Origin: Gammaproteobacteria bacterium | GTDB lineage: Bacteria; Pseudomonadota; Gammaproteobacteria; Steroidobacterales; Steroidobacteraceae | NCBI GenBank assembly: GCA_025358295.1 | Contig: JANYJY010000010.1 | Coordinates: 25,913 to 89,912 of the forward strand | DNA length: 64,000 bases | Direction: 5' to 3' | Shown: piece after piece, positions 1 through 10,438 of the stretch | Position numbering within the stretch: the stretch's first letter is position 1 | Layout: each line of letters opens with the position of its first letter | Program-made: the position numbers and the translations under genes | The notes under the pieces: generated by a model | Database searches by the model: none | What the model saw: only the letters and a program-made list of their open reading frames with translations | What the model was told of the DNA's origin: nothing

Positions 1-716
1 AGGAATTCTTTCAACGACCGCTCGTTTTGCATCACAGGCAAATCGAGATAGCCGGCATCGAAGGCGATGGCAGTGTTCGGCCTCTCGAAGCTCAGCTCGG
101 CGCTGTACATCAGCCGGTACTCCATGCTGTGCGCCGGTTCCGTGTAGGCGAATTCGGTGCGCAGAATGGGAATTCGCCGACCCACCAGCCAGCACGACAA
201 TCCATACAGCAATAGCAGCAATAGCTCGTGGGCGAATACTCGGTCCCTGTCTCCCGCCTTGCGGTCGTGCAATACGATTCTGGCCTCGGCACCGTTGCGC
301 TCGGCGCTGCCCGAAATGTCGTCCAGTATCAGGGCAAAAAAGCGCAGGCTCCGGTCGAGCGCCTGACCGAGGGATTTGCAACCGAGGACGGAGTGGCAAA
401 GCATCGCGAAACTGCCCGATTTCATGCGGCGGGAATCCTGACCGAAGAACTCATCGTCCAGGGCCAAGGCGATGGTGCGCCAGAGGGCGCCGTAGTGTTG
501 CGCCGAAACCCGGGCCTGCGGCACCTGCAGCAGGCTGGACGAGAGCCCCACGTTCGCCAGCAGTTCATCCGCGTTCAAATCGCGCGCCCTCACGCTCTGC
601 AACGCTGCGGCGACGAAGCAAATGGAGATGGTCCCCGGTTCGGCGGACCGTCCGGCCGAGCCGGCCGCCCCACGGCCCAGGGGCGCAGGATAGGTGTTGC
701 TGATTCGCTCCCGCAT
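1..716 (-). CDS. AraC/XylS-family transcriptional regulator, N-terminal effector-binding part (partial; C-terminal HTH lies beyond the window edge), MmsR-like position
   Basis: I translated the minus strand from the ATG at 716..714: MRERISNTYPAPLGR...NADELLANVGLSSSLLQVPQARVSAQHYGALWRTIALALDDEFFGQDSRRMKSGSFAMLCHSV.... The frame stays open to position 1, so it is absent from the ORF track. It lies divergent from mmsA, as mmsR does. The listed + ORF 228..761 is its antisense shadow. Confidence 0.6.
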   Translation of the reverse strand, partial: MRERISNTYPAPLGRGAAGSAGRSAEPGTISICFVAAALQSVRARDLNADELLANVGLSSSLLQVPQARVSAQHYGALWRTIALALDDEFFGQDSRRMKSGSFAMLCHSVLGCKSLGQALDRSLRFFALILDDISGSAERNGAEARIVLHDRKAGDRDRVFAHELLLLLLYGLSCWLVGRRIPILRTEFAYTEPAHSMEYRLMYSAELSFERPNTAIAFDAGYLDLPVMQNERSLKEF

Positions 717-851
717 TTTGAAAGTTTTGGCCACCGATGGGCTGGTTTTAGGCAGCTATAGTTTACGCCATGCGGCCAATAATAGAGGCTTCAGGCTAAA
801 CTATGCCGTCGCGACGCTGGTGCGCGCGCTAACGACCCAAGGGACACTCTC

Positions 852-2378
852 ATGACTATTCAACCTGCAACGCTGGCAAATTCCATACCCGCCGTCAAAA
901 TGCTGCTCGACGGTAAGTTCATCGATTCGCAAACCAGCGAGTGGCACGAGGTCGTCAACCCGGCGACGCAAGAAGTGCTGGCCCTTGTGCCCTTCGCCAC
1001 GGACGATGAAATCAACGCCGCAGTGGCTTCCGCCAAGCTGGCCTACAAATCCTGGAAGAACACACCGCTGGCGGCCCGTGCGCGCATCATGCTGAAGCTG
1101 CAGGCATTGGTGCGGGAACACATGAGCCGCATCGCGCACACCCTGAGTGCCGAACAGGGCAAAACGCTGGCGGACGCGGAAGGAGATGTGTTTCGCGGCC
1201 TCGAAGTGGTCGAACACGCTTGCTCGATCGGCAGCCTGCAGCTGGGTGAGTTTGCCGAGAACGTCGCGGGCGGCGTGGACACCTACACGTTGCGCCAGCC
1301 TATCGGCGTGTGCGCGGGCATCACCCCGTTCAATTTTCCCGCCATGATCCCGTTGTGGATGTTTCCAATGGCCATCGTCTGCGGCAACACCTTCGTGCTC
1401 AAGCCCTCCGAACAGGATCCTCTCACCCCCATGCTGCTGGCCGAACTCGCGCTGCAGGCCGGAGTGCCGCCCGGTGTGTTGAACATCATCCACGGCGGCA
1501 AACGCGCTGTCGATGCGATCTGCACGCACCCGGACATCGTCGCCGTTTCCTTCGTGGGCTCCACCGCGGTGGGCACGCACGTGCACACCCTCGCGTCGCA
1601 ATACGGCAAGCGGGTGCAATGCATGATGGGCGCCAAGAATCACGCGGTCGTGATGCCCGACGCCAACAAGGAGCAGTCCCTCAACGCGTTGGTGGGAGCC
1701 ACTTTCGGCGCCGCGGGACAGCGCTGCATGGCCACTTCCGTCACCGTGCTGGTGGGCGAAGCGCAGAAATGGATACCCGACATCGTGGCCAAGGCGAAGA
1801 CCCTCAAGGTTAACGCCGGCGTGGAAAAAGGTACGGATCTCGGACCCGTCATTTCCAAGAATGCGAAAATCCGCATCCTCGGACTGCTGGAAGACGGAAT
1901 CAAGGAAGGCGCCAAGCTCGAGCTCGACGGCCGCTCCATCAAGGTGCCGGGCTACGAGCGCGGCAACTTCATCGGCCCCACGATTTTCTCGGCGGTGAAG
2001 CCGGAGATGAAAATCTACACCACGGAGATCTTCGGGCCTGTGATGGTCATTGTCGGGGTCGGCACCTTGGACGATGCGATCACCCTGATCAACGACAACC
2101 CCTTCGGCAACGGCACCGGCATCTTCACCCAAAGCGGCGCCGCCGCCCGCAAGTTTCAAAATGAAATCGACGTGGGACAGGTGGGCATCAACGTGCCCAT
2201 CCCGGTTCCCGTCCCCGTATTCAGCTTTACCGGATCGCGCGGCTCCAAGCTCGGCGATCTTGGCCCTTACGGCAAGCAGGCGGTGCAGTTCTACACTCAG
2301 ACAAAGACCGTGACATCGCGTTGGTTCGATGACAGCAGCATTTCCACCGGAGTGAACACGACCATCAGCTTGAAATGA
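852..2378 (+). CDS. mmsA: Methylmalonate-semialdehyde dehydrogenase (CoA-acylating)
   Basis: 508 aa ALDH-fold protein. Motifs are [31 protein letters not shown] (the MMSDH variant of the ELGGKN box) and the catalytic GQRCMA. ATG start with an AAGGGA SD. Confidence 0.93.
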   Translation: MTIQPATLANSIPAVKMLLDGKFIDSQTSEWHEVVNPATQEVLALVPFATDDEINAAVASAKLAYKSWKNTPLAARARIMLKLQALVREHMSRIAHTLSAEQGKTLADAEGDVFRGLEVVEHACSIGSLQLGEFAENVAGGVDTYTLRQPIGVCAGITPFNFPAMIPLWMFPMAIVCGNTFVLKPSEQDPLTPMLLAELALQAGVPPGVLNIIHGGKRAVDAICTHPDIVAVSFVGSTAVGTHVHTLASQYGKRVQCMMGAKNHAVVMPDANKEQSLNALVGATFGAAGQRCMATSVTVLVGEAQKWIPDIVAKAKTLKVNAGVEKGTDLGPVISKNAKIRILGLLEDGIKEGAKLELDGRSIKVPGYERGNFIGPTIFSAVKPEMKIYTTEIFGPVMVIVGVGTLDDAITLINDNPFGNGTGIFTQSGAAARKFQNEIDVGQVGINVPIPVPVPVFSFTGSRGSKLGDLGPYGKQAVQFYTQTKTVTSRWFDDSSISTGVNTTISLK

Positions 2379-2423
2379 ACATCGGGCTCATCGCGTCGGC
2401 GCCTTCGGGCGCCGGGTGACCGC

Positions 2424-3506
2424 ATGGAAATTCTGAGTGAAATTCGCAACCGCATTGCCTTCATCACCCTAAATCGCCCGGCGGCGCTCAATGCTCTGTC
2501 ACTCGATATGATCAGGCAACTGCGCGCCATGCTGGGAAATCACGCCGCGGATCCCAAGGTGAATGCAGTCTTGATCCAAGGCGCGGGCGACAGGGCTTTT
2601 TGCGCCGGCGGCGACATTCGCGCGCTCTATCAAAGTTTCAAGAACTCGGGTTCCCTGTACCGCGAATTCTTCACCGCCGAATATCCGCTGGATTATCTGC
2701 TCAACTGCTACCCCAAGCCCTACCTCGCCGTGATGGACGGCATCACCATGGGCGGCGGAATGGGCATTGCGCAGGGCTCGACCCTGCGCATCGTCGGTGA
2801 GCGCACCCGCATTGCCATGCCCGAGGTGGCGATCGGATTTTTTCCGGACGTCGGCGCCAGCTATTTCCTGTCCCGCCTGCCCGGCGCGCTCGGCACCTAT
2901 CTCGCGCTGACCGGAGTGCAGATTCGCGGCGCCGATGCGCTGTACTGCCAATTGGCCGATGTGTACCTGCCGCCGGCCTCGGTGGCGGCACTCAGCGACG
3001 AACTGGCGGCGTTGCGCTGGAGCGAGGACCGGGCCGGAGATTTGCGCCGATTCGTTTACGCGCGGGCAGCGTTGGGCCTGCAGGCTCCCAGCTTGAGCGT
3101 GCTGCGTCCGGGCATCGATGCACATTTTTCAAAGCTCACGGTGAGCGCCATATTGGCATCTCTGGAAGCTGAAACCCGCGCGCCGTACGCTGACTGGGCA
3201 GAGCAGACCGTGAAGCTCATTCGCAGCCGCTCTCCCACCATGCTTGCAGTCACCTTGACCCAGCTGCAGCGTGGCAAGAATATGAGCCTCGCCGCCTGTT
3301 TGCGCATGGAACTCGCGATGGCGTATCAGTGTTTCGAGCATGGCGATTTTCTCGAGGGCGTACGCGCGCTGATTATCGATAAGGACAATATCCCGCGTTG
3401 GCAACCGAATCGGATTGAAGACGTGACGGACGCCGCAGTCGATGATTTTTTTTGCGGTCGATGGACATCGGCCACCCACCCATTAGCAAACCTAGAAAGC
3501 CTATGA
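2424..3506 (+). CDS. 3-hydroxyisobutyryl-CoA hydrolase (crotonase superfamily, ECH_2 type)
   Basis: 360 aa. Has ITLNRPAALNAL and AFCAGGDIRALY crotonase motifs plus the long C-terminal extension typical of HIBCH. Sits directly after mmsA. Confidence 0.85.
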   Translation: MEILSEIRNRIAFITLNRPAALNALSLDMIRQLRAMLGNHAADPKVNAVLIQGAGDRAFCAGGDIRALYQSFKNSGSLYREFFTAEYPLDYLLNCYPKPYLAVMDGITMGGGMGIAQGSTLRIVGERTRIAMPEVAIGFFPDVGASYFLSRLPGALGTYLALTGVQIRGADALYCQLADVYLPPASVAALSDELAALRWSEDRAGDLRRFVYARAALGLQAPSLSVLRPGIDAHFSKLTVSAILASLEAETRAPYADWAEQTVKLIRSRSPTMLAVTLTQLQRGKNMSLAACLRMELAMAYQCFEHGDFLEGVRALIIDKDNIPRWQPNRIEDVTDAAVDDFFCGRWTSATHPLANLESL

Positions 3507-3516
3507 GAACTCATTC

Positions 3517-4284
3517 ATGCAATTAAAAGAATCACATGCGGTCATCAGCGGCGGCGCGTCGGGGCTCGGCCTCGCCGTGGCGCATCGAATCGTGCAAGCA
3601 GGCGGCAAAGTCGCCTTGCTGGACGTCAACGAGGATCAGGGCAGGACGGCTGCCGCGAGCCTCGGCGAACGCGCCGCTTTCTTCGCAACCGACGTCACCG
3701 ACGAAGCGGCAGTCAATGCAGCCATCGAGCGTGCCCGGGAGCGGATGGGTTCCATTACCGCGGCCGTCAATTGCGCGGGCATCGGTGCGCCCGCCCGTTT
3801 CGTCGGCAAGCAAGGCGCGATGGCGGGAGCATTTTTTCGTAAAATGATCGAGATCAATCTGCTCGGAACATTGTTGGTGTCGAAAGCCGCCGCCGTGATC
3901 ATGCAGCAGAACACGCCGAACGCCGCTGGCGAGCGCGGAGTGATCGTCATGACGGCATCGGTCGCCGCCTTCGACGGTCAGATTGGACAAGTGGCCTATG
4001 CCGCTTCGAAGGGAGGCATCGTCGCCATGACTCTGCCCATGGCGCGCGAACTGGCATCCTCAGGTATTCGCGCCATGACGGTTGCCCCGGGTCTGTTCGC
4101 AACGCCCATGATGAAGGGACTGCCGCAGGAGGCTCAGGACTCTCTCGGCAAGCAAACACCGTTTCCGCCCCGGTTGGGCGAGCCCGATGAGTACGCCGCC
4201 ATGGTGGCTCACATCATTGAGAACATCATGCTCAATGGTGAAACCATTCGTCTCGACGGGGCGATCAGAATGCAGCCGCGTTAG
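3517..4284 (+). CDS. Short-chain dehydrogenase, type II 3-hydroxyacyl-CoA (3-hydroxy-2-methylbutyryl-CoA) dehydrogenase-like
   Basis: 255 aa. Has the ISGGASGLGLA dinucleotide motif, the YAASKGG catalytic YxxxK, and an HSD17B10-like C-terminus (LNGETIRLDGAIRM). Confidence 0.8.
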   Translation: MQLKESHAVISGGASGLGLAVAHRIVQAGGKVALLDVNEDQGRTAAASLGERAAFFATDVTDEAAVNAAIERARERMGSITAAVNCAGIGAPARFVGKQGAMAGAFFRKMIEINLLGTLLVSKAAAVIMQQNTPNAAGERGVIVMTASVAAFDGQIGQVAYAASKGGIVAMTLPMARELASSGIRAMTVAPGLFATPMMKGLPQEAQDSLGKQTPFPPRLGEPDEYAAMVAHIIENIMLNGETIRLDGAIRMQPR

Positions 4285-4469
4285 CGGCTCGCGGGCCGCG
4301 CCGGCAGCTCACTCAGTATCTCGCGCCGTCGCGCCTCGGTGGCCCGCGACCATTCGGAGATTTCTCCGAGGGTGCGGCGGCAGCCGACGCACAGACCTCC
4401 TGCATCGAGCCGGCAGACATCGATGCAGGGAGAGGGCGCGGGTTCGGCGGCTAACGGTGAAGTGACCAT
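4281..4469 (-). CDS. DUF1289-family small 4-Cys protein
   Basis: 62 aa from an internal ATG (4469..4467) of the listed 145 aa ORF: MVTSPLAAEPAPSPCIDVCRLDAGGLCVGCRRTLGEISEWSRATEARRREIL. This is the DUF1289 C-x3-C-x8-C-x2-C pattern. The upstream 83 aa of the listed ORF is Arg/Gly-rich junk that overlaps the previous gene. Confidence 0.6.
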   Translation of the reverse strand: MVTSPLAAEPAPSPCIDVCRLDAGGLCVGCRRTLGEISEWSRATEARRREILSELPARPASR

Positions 4470-5251
4470 TGCCGCAATATACGATGAATGGCGTCGAGAC
4501 CGTCGGTCAGCGCCGCCGGACCCGGCTGCAGGATGATGGGGGATTTGATCTCGTGCAATTCGCCGTCGCGAACCGCGGGTACGCCCTCCCAGCCGGCCCT
4601 GGCCACGACGCGCTCCGGACGAAAGCGCTTGCCGCACCAGGAACCGAGAATGACATCCGGCGAACGGCGCACCACCTCCGAGGCATCGGCCAGAATACGA
4701 TCCTTGCCGAGTGCGCAAAGCGCACGCTCGGGGAACACATCGTCGCCGCCCGCGATACCGATCAATTCGCTCACCCAGCGAATGCCTGTAATCAAAGGTT
4801 CATCCCATTCCTCAAAGTAGACGCGTGGCCGGCGCGGCATTTGCGCGGCCGACTGGCGCACCGTTTCGATATGCGCTGCCAATCCGAGCGCATAGCGTTC
4901 CGCCGGTTCGGCGGCGCCCACCAGCGCGCCGAGCCGGCGTATATAGCCGAGGATGCCGTCCACCGAGCGATGGTTGCTGATCCAGACTTCGATTCCGTGC
5001 TTGATCAATGCCTGTGCGATATCGGCTTGGATGTCGGAGAAGCCCACCACAAAGTCGGGACGCAACTCGAGAATGCGATCAACTTTGGCGCTGGTGAAGG
5101 CCGAAACACGGGGTTTTTCGCGGCGCGCGCGCGCCGGACGCACCGTGAAACCGGAGATGCCGACAATGCGCTCCTCCATCCCCAGTGCGTAGAGAACTTC
5201 AGTAGGCTCTTCGGTGAGACAGACGATGCGGTGCGGATATCGATCGTCCAT
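4451..5251 (-). CDS. Cobalamin-binding protein, BtuF/periplasmic-binding-protein type 8 fold, no signal peptide
   Basis: 266 aa. It begins directly at the conserved PBP core (RIVCLTEEPTEVLYALG...ILELRPDFVV). There is no N-terminal hydrophobic signal segment. Confidence 0.65.
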   Translation of the reverse strand: MDDRYPHRIVCLTEEPTEVLYALGMEERIVGISGFTVRPARARREKPRVSAFTSAKVDRILELRPDFVVGFSDIQADIAQALIKHGIEVWISNHRSVDGILGYIRRLGALVGAAEPAERYALGLAAHIETVRQSAAQMPRRPRVYFEEWDEPLITGIRWVSELIGIAGGDDVFPERALCALGKDRILADASEVVRRSPDVILGSWCGKRFRPERVVARAGWEGVPAVRDGELHEIKSPIILQPGPAALTDGLDAIHRILRQWSLHR

Positions 5252-5257
5252 GCCCGA

Positions 5258-7051
5258 TTAAAGCACACCCTCATCCAACGCGCCCACCGCGCCGTGCAGG
5301 ATGCTGTGCGCGAGACCGCCGGCCTGTGGCAACACGTGATCCGCGTAGAACCGTGCCGTCATGATCTTCGCCGCATAGAACGCGGCGTCGGCGGCGCTGC
5401 CGCCAGGAGCGGACATTCGCACCTGCGAAATCAATGCAGCCCGCAGCAGCTGCCAGCCGCCCGCCACGATGCCCAATAGCTTGAGCATGGGCACCGCGCC
5501 CACGGATACCGCGCGGACATCCTTGGCGTAGTTGTCGACCACATAGCGGATCGCGCGCTCCAACTCAACGATGGCGCCGGAAAATGCCGGCGCAAGCGGC
5601 GCCAAATTTCGCTCGGCCGCCAGCTCGTTCGCCAAGGCGCGCATTTGAGCGGTGACGGCTTGGGCCGCGCGGCCGCCGTCGCGCGCGAGCTTGCGGCCGA
5701 TCAAATCGTTGGCCTGTATGCCGGTGGTCCCTTCATAGATCGGCGTGATGCGCGCGTCGCGCAAATACTGCGCCACGCCGGTCTCCTCGATGAATCCGAC
5801 GCCACCGTGGACTTGAATCCCCAGTGAGGCGATCTCCACCGAATTCTCGGTACACCAGCCCTTGACCACGGGAATCATCAAATCGGCAATCGCCTGATGA
5901 CGTTCACGCTCCTCGGCGCGCGGATGCAGTCGCGCGGCATCCAACGACACGGCGGCCATGGCGGCCAGCGCGCGCATGGCTTCGGTCTGCGATTTCATGA
6001 GCAGCAGCATGCGCCGCACATCGGGATGACGGACGATGGGAACGCGGGCACCGCCGCGCACCCCGGCCTCGGTGCTCTGAATCCGCTCACGCGCATACGC
6101 GAGCGCCGCTTGGTAGGCGCGCTGCGACAAGCCGATGCCTTCGATTCCCACCGAATAGCGCGCCGCGTTCATCATGATGAACATGTATTCCAGGCCGCGA
6201 TTTTCCTCGCCGACGAGTTCGGCAACGGCGCCGCCGTTCTGGCCGTAGGCCAGCACACAGGTAGGGCTCGCCCGTATGCCGAGCTTGTGCTCGATCGACA
6301 GGCAGTGAACGTCGTTGCGCTTCCCCAAAGAGCCGTCGCCATTGACCAGAAATTTTGGCACCACGAAAAGCGATATGCCCTTGACGCCCTCCGGCGCGCC
6401 GGCAACGCGGCCCAGCACCAGGTGCACGATGTTGTCGGTCAGATCGTGTTCGCCATAGGTGATGAAAATCTTCTGGCCGGTGAGGAGATAGCGGCCGCCG
6501 CCCGTGGGCACCGCCCGGGTGCGCACCGCCGACAAGTCGGTACCCGCCTGGGGCTCGGTGAGATTCATCGTTCCGGCCCATTCGCCGCTCACCAGCTTGG
6601 CGAGATACTTGTCTTGCAAGGCCTTCGAGCCGCGCAGTTCAATGGCATCGACGGTCCCGCGTGACAGCATGGGACACAGCGCAAAGGCCACATTGGCGCC
6701 GTTCCACATCTCCTCGATCATGGCCGAAAGCACGCGCGGCAAATTCTGCCCGCCAAACTCCGACGGGCACGCCAGGGCGCCCCAGCCGTCGGCGACGAAG
6801 CGAGCATAGGCTTGCTTCCAGCCGTCGGCGGTGAGCACCTGTCCATCCCGCCAGCGGGCGCCTTGCAGATCGCCGCTGCGATTAAGCGGCGACAGCACCG
6901 CCCCGGCAAATTTCGCCGCCTCGTCCAATACCGAATCGGCCACGTCGTGGGATACGTCGCCGAATCCCGGCAGCTCGGCCAGCAAGCCGAAGTCCACCAT
7001 CTCGCGCAGCACGAACTTCATGTCCGCCAACGGTGCCTGATAATCTTGCAT
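5258..7051 (-). CDS. Long acyl-CoA dehydrogenase with extra C-terminal domain
   Basis: About 597 aa from the ATG at 7051 (MQDYQAPLADMKFVLREMVDF...). The ACAD N, middle and C domains are recognisable (e.g. IYEGTTGIQANDL), followed by an additional helical C-terminal domain. I chose this start because the longer listed ORF would overlap the end of icmF. Confidence 0.85.
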   Translation of the reverse strand: MQDYQAPLADMKFVLREMVDFGLLAELPGFGDVSHDVADSVLDEAAKFAGAVLSPLNRSGDLQGARWRDGQVLTADGWKQAYARFVADGWGALACPSEFGGQNLPRVLSAMIEEMWNGANVAFALCPMLSRGTVDAIELRGSKALQDKYLAKLVSGEWAGTMNLTEPQAGTDLSAVRTRAVPTGGGRYLLTGQKIFITYGEHDLTDNIVHLVLGRVAGAPEGVKGISLFVVPKFLVNGDGSLGKRNDVHCLSIEHKLGIRASPTCVLAYGQNGGAVAELVGEENRGLEYMFIMMNAARYSVGIEGIGLSQRAYQAALAYARERIQSTEAGVRGGARVPIVRHPDVRRMLLLMKSQTEAMRALAAMAAVSLDAARLHPRAEERERHQAIADLMIPVVKGWCTENSVEIASLGIQVHGGVGFIEETGVAQYLRDARITPIYEGTTGIQANDLIGRKLARDGGRAAQAVTAQMRALANELAAERNLAPLAPAFSGAIVELERAIRYVVDNYAKDVRAVSVGAVPMLKLLGIVAGGWQLLRAALISQVRMSAPGGSAADAAFYAAKIMTARFYADHVLPQAGGLAHSILHGAVGALDEGVL

Positions 7052-7056
7052 GGACC

Positions 7057-10000
7057 CTACATGTTGCGGCGGTAACGGCCGCCGACATCGTACAAAGTGT
7101 GAGTGATCTGACCGAGCGAACAACCCCGCACGGCCTCCATCAAGACCTCGAAAGTATTGCCGTTGTCGATGACGGTGCGCCGCAGCCTTTCAAGCAAAGT
7201 TTCCGACGCCTCGGCGTTGCGTTCGTGGAAGGACCGCAGACGCTTGAGCTGGGATTGCTTCTCCGCGTCCGTGGAGCGCGCCAATTCGATTGCCACGGGA
7301 GCAGCGTCGCTGTTTGGATTGCGGAAGGTGTTGACGCCGATGATGGGATAGGAGCCATCGTGCTTCTGGCGCTCGTAGAACAGCGATTCTTCTTGAATCT
7401 TGCCGCGCTGGTAGCCGGTTTCCATGGCACCTAGGACTCCGCCGCGTTCCGCGATGGCATCGAATTCCTTGAGCACGGCCTCCTCGACCAGATCCGTCAG
7501 TTCATCGATGATGAAGCTGCCCTGATTGGGGTTCTCATTCTTGGCCATGCCCCACTCGCGATTGATGATGAGCTGAATCGCCATGGCGCGGCGCACGCTC
7601 TCCTCGGTGGGCGTGGTCACCGCCTCATCGTAGGCGTTGGTGTGAAGGCTGTTGCAATTGTCATAAATGGCGCACAGCGCCTGCAGCGTGGTGCGTATGT
7701 CGTTGAACGCCATCTCCTGGGCGTGCAGCGAGCGGCCGGAAGTCTGCACGTGGTACTTGAGCTTCTGGCTGCGCTCATTCGCGCCATATCTATTCTTCAT
7801 GGCCACCGCCCAGATGCGCCGCGCCACCCGGCCGATGACCGAGTATTCGGGATCCATGCCGTTGGAGAAGAAAAACGACAGGTTCGGCGCAAAATCATCG
7901 ATGTGCATGCCGCGCGCGAGATACGACTCCACATAGGTGAAGCCGTTGGCGAGGGTAAATGCCAGCTGCGATATGGGGTTCGCGCCAGCCTCGGCTATGT
8001 GATATCCGGAGATCGAGACCGAGTAGAAATTCTGGACCTTGTGGTGGACGAAATATTCCTGCATGTCGCCCATCATCTTCAGGGCAAACTCAGTGGAAAA
8101 AATACAGGTGTTCTGTCCCTGATCTTCCTTCAGGATATCCGCCTGCACCGTGCCGCGCACGGTCGACAGCGTCCAAGCCTTGATCTTCTGCTGCTCGTCG
8201 GCGGTCGGCTCACGGCCGTTCTGCTGCTGGAACTTCTCCAGCTGCTGATCGACGGCGGTATTCATGAACATGGCCAGTATCATCGGCGCGGGCCCGTTGA
8301 TGGTCATCGATACTGAGGTGGTCGGCGCGCACAGGTCGAAGCCCGCATACAGCACCTTCATGTCATCCAGGGTCGCAATGGACACACCGGAATTGCCGAC
8401 CTTGCCGTAAATATCGGGGCGCAGGTCCGGATCCCAGCCGTACAGAGTCACCGAATCGAAGGCGGTGGACAGGCGGTGGGCCGGCATGCCCTCCGAGACC
8501 CGCTTGAACCGCTGATTGGTGCGGTACGCATCGCCCTCGCCTGCGAACATGCGCGTCGGATCCTCGCCCTCGCGCTTGAAGGCGAACACGCCGGCGGTAT
8601 AGGGATAGGAACCCGGCACGTTCTCCTTGAGCAGAAAGCGCAAGATCTCGCCATCGTCCTCGAAGCGCGGCAGCGATACCTTGCGGATCGAGGTGCCCGA
8701 CAGCGAGTCGTACGTGAGCTGGGTGCGGATCTCCTTGTCGCGAATCTTCACCACGTACTCGGGCTGCGCGTATAGCGCCAGAGTCGTCGGCCACTGCGCC
8801 AGAAGCTTGGCTGCCCCAGGATCGAGTTCGCCGCTCTTGGCGGCAATCATCTCATCGAAGCCCGCGATCGGCCGCCCCGCAGCCGCAAACAGGGTCTTGG
8901 ACGTACCCAACGACTGGCGCTCGCGCGCAATTCGCGACTGCGCCGCGATGAACCGATGGAAATCGCGCAGCGACGCCGATATCTCCGCCAGATAGCGGAC
9001 CCGCTCGGGTGGCACGATGGCACGGCCGCGCGAGGAGGACTTCACCGCCGCCTGCGGCAGCTTGCCTGGCCCCAGCTTCAGGCCCTTGTCCTGCAGGCGG
9101 GGCAACATGGCTTGATAGAGGGCGGTGACGCCGTCGTCGTTGAAGCGCGAGGCCATGGTGCCGTAAACCGGCATGGCGTCCGTGGGTTGCGCAAACCATT
9201 CGTGATTGCGCTGGTATTGCTTGCGCACGTCGCGCAGCGCGTCTTCGGACCCCTTGCGGTCGAATTTATTGATGGCGACGAAGTCGGCGAAATCGAGCAT
9301 GTCGATTTTTTCAAGCTGCGACGCGGCGCCGAATTCCGGCGTCATAACATACAGCGAGGTGTCGACCAGCGGCACGATGGCCGATTCGCCCTGCCCTATG
9401 CCGGAGGTCTCCACGACTATCAGGTCGAAGCCGCTGATCTTGCAGCAGGCCAGCACATCCGGCAGCGCCGCGGAGATTTCCGTGCCGGTATCGCGGGTCG
9501 CCAGCGAGCGCATGAATATCTTGTCCGACTCAATCGCATTCATCCGGATGCGGTCGCCCAGCAAAGCGCCTCCCGTGCGCTTGCGCGACGGGTCGATGGA
9601 AATCACAGCGACGCGGATGCTGTCGTTCTGGTCGAGACGCAGCCGCAGAATGAGCTCGTCGGTCAACGAGGATTTGCCGGCTCCGCCGGTACCCGTTATC
9701 CCCAGAATCGGCGTCTTAATGCCTGCCGCGGCCTGTAGCAGCGCCTGGCGCGTGCGCATGGTGTAGCTGCGATTTTCGATTGCAGTGATGACCCGCGCGA
9801 GTTGCCGCCGGTTGCCCGAACGCAGTGCCTCCAGCGCGTCGCCTTCCGCCGGCGCCAGTGCCGACAGGTCGTAGTCGCTGGTGCGGATGACATCGTCGAT
9901 CATGCCCTGCAGGCCCAGCTTTGCGCCGTCCTCGGGCGAATACAGGCGGGTCACCCCATAAGCCATCAGCTCGCGAATTTCGGCGGGCACGATCACGCCG

Positions 10001-10320
10001 CCGCCGCCGCCGAATACCTTGATGTTTTCCCCGCCGCTGCTGCGCAACAGATCCATCATGTACTTGAAAAATTCGACATGCCCGCCCTGATAGGACGTGA
10101 TCGCCACCCCCTGCACATCTTCCTGCAAGGCGGCGTTGACGATCTCCTGCACGGAGCGGTTGTGACCCAAATGGATGACTTCCGCTCCCGATGCCTGCAG
10201 CACCCGGCGCATGATATTGACCGACGCGTCATGACCGTCGAACAGGGAGGTCGCGGTCACGAACCGAACTTTATTCGCGGGCTGATAGACCGGCTTGGCG
10301 GCGATGGAAACGGCGCTCAT
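7057..10320 (-). CDS. icmF: Fused isobutyryl-CoA mutase (B12-binding domain + MeaB-like GTPase + mutase substrate domain)
   Basis: About 1087 aa from the ATG at 10320 ([14 protein letters not shown]...). Has an N-terminal B12 domain ([12 protein letters not shown]...GHN), a G3E GTPase P-loop ([10 protein letters not shown]) and a C-terminal methylmalonyl-CoA-mutase-like barrel. An alternative start at 10398 is possible. Confidence 0.92.
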   Translation of the reverse strand: MSAVSIAAKPVYQPANKVRFVTATSLFDGHDASVNIMRRVLQASGAEVIHLGHNRSVQEIVNAALQEDVQGVAITSYQGGHVEFFKYMMDLLRSSGGENIKVFGGGGGVIVPAEIRELMAYGVTRLYSPEDGAKLGLQGMIDDVIRTSDYDLSALAPAEGDALEALRSGNRRQLARVITAIENRSYTMRTRQALLQAAAGIKTPILGITGTGGAGKSSLTDELILRLRLDQNDSIRVAVISIDPSRKRTGGALLGDRIRMNAIESDKIFMRSLATRDTGTEISAALPDVLACCKISGFDLIVVETSGIGQGESAIVPLVDTSLYVMTPEFGAASQLEKIDMLDFADFVAINKFDRKGSEDALRDVRKQYQRNHEWFAQPTDAMPVYGTMASRFNDDGVTALYQAMLPRLQDKGLKLGPGKLPQAAVKSSSRGRAIVPPERVRYLAEISASLRDFHRFIAAQSRIARERQSLGTSKTLFAAAGRPIAGFDEMIAAKSGELDPGAAKLLAQWPTTLALYAQPEYVVKIRDKEIRTQLTYDSLSGTSIRKVSLPRFEDDGEILRFLLKENVPGSYPYTAGVFAFKREGEDPTRMFAGEGDAYRTNQRFKRVSEGMPAHRLSTAFDSVTLYGWDPDLRPDIYGKVGNSGVSIATLDDMKVLYAGFDLCAPTTSVSMTINGPAPMILAMFMNTAVDQQLEKFQQQNGREPTADEQQKIKAWTLSTVRGTVQADILKEDQGQNTCIFSTEFALKMMGDMQEYFVHHKVQNFYSVSISGYHIAEAGANPISQLAFTLANGFTYVESYLARGMHIDDFAPNLSFFFSNGMDPEYSVIGRVARRIWAVAMKNRYGANERSQKLKYHVQTSGRSLHAQEMAFNDIRTTLQALCAIYDNCNSLHTNAYDEAVTTPTEESVRRAMAIQLIINREWGMAKNENPNQGSFIIDELTDLVEEAVLKEFDAIAERGGVLGAMETGYQRGKIQEESLFYERQKHDGSYPIIGVNTFRNPNSDAAPVAIELARSTDAEKQSQLKRLRSFHERNAEASETLLERLRRTVIDNGNTFEVLMEAVRGCSLGQITHTLYDVGGRYRRNM

Positions 10321-10438
10321 AATTTTCTGCTCGCGTCCTTGGGGGCCCAGAATAACAGGCCTGAAGCCGTATTTTAGAGAACCAGGACACCGAAACAAAT
10401 GGCCAAATCCCGCGTCCGCGGTGAGCGAATTTGCAACA

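Noticed and set aside
228-761. Listed + strand ORF of 177 aa at the left edge
   Set aside because: Its composition is Arg/Gly/Ala-rich with no recognisable family. The opposite strand gives a clean AraC-type N-terminal domain that is open to the window edge, so this ORF is the antisense shadow of that gene.
801-2159. 452-aa minus-strand ORF fully inside mmsA. The same kind of long ORF occurs at 13010..14812 (+), 16479..17615 (+), 23275..24771 (-), 28166..29074 (-), 29114..30043 (-), 34311..35447 (-), 50899..52035 (-), 54815..55819 (+), 56642..57703 (+) and 58549..59586 (+).
   Set aside because: All lie antisense to genes with strong family signatures. They have low-complexity Arg/Gly/Ala/His-rich translations typical of the reverse frames of GC-rich coding DNA, and none has a recognisable motif.
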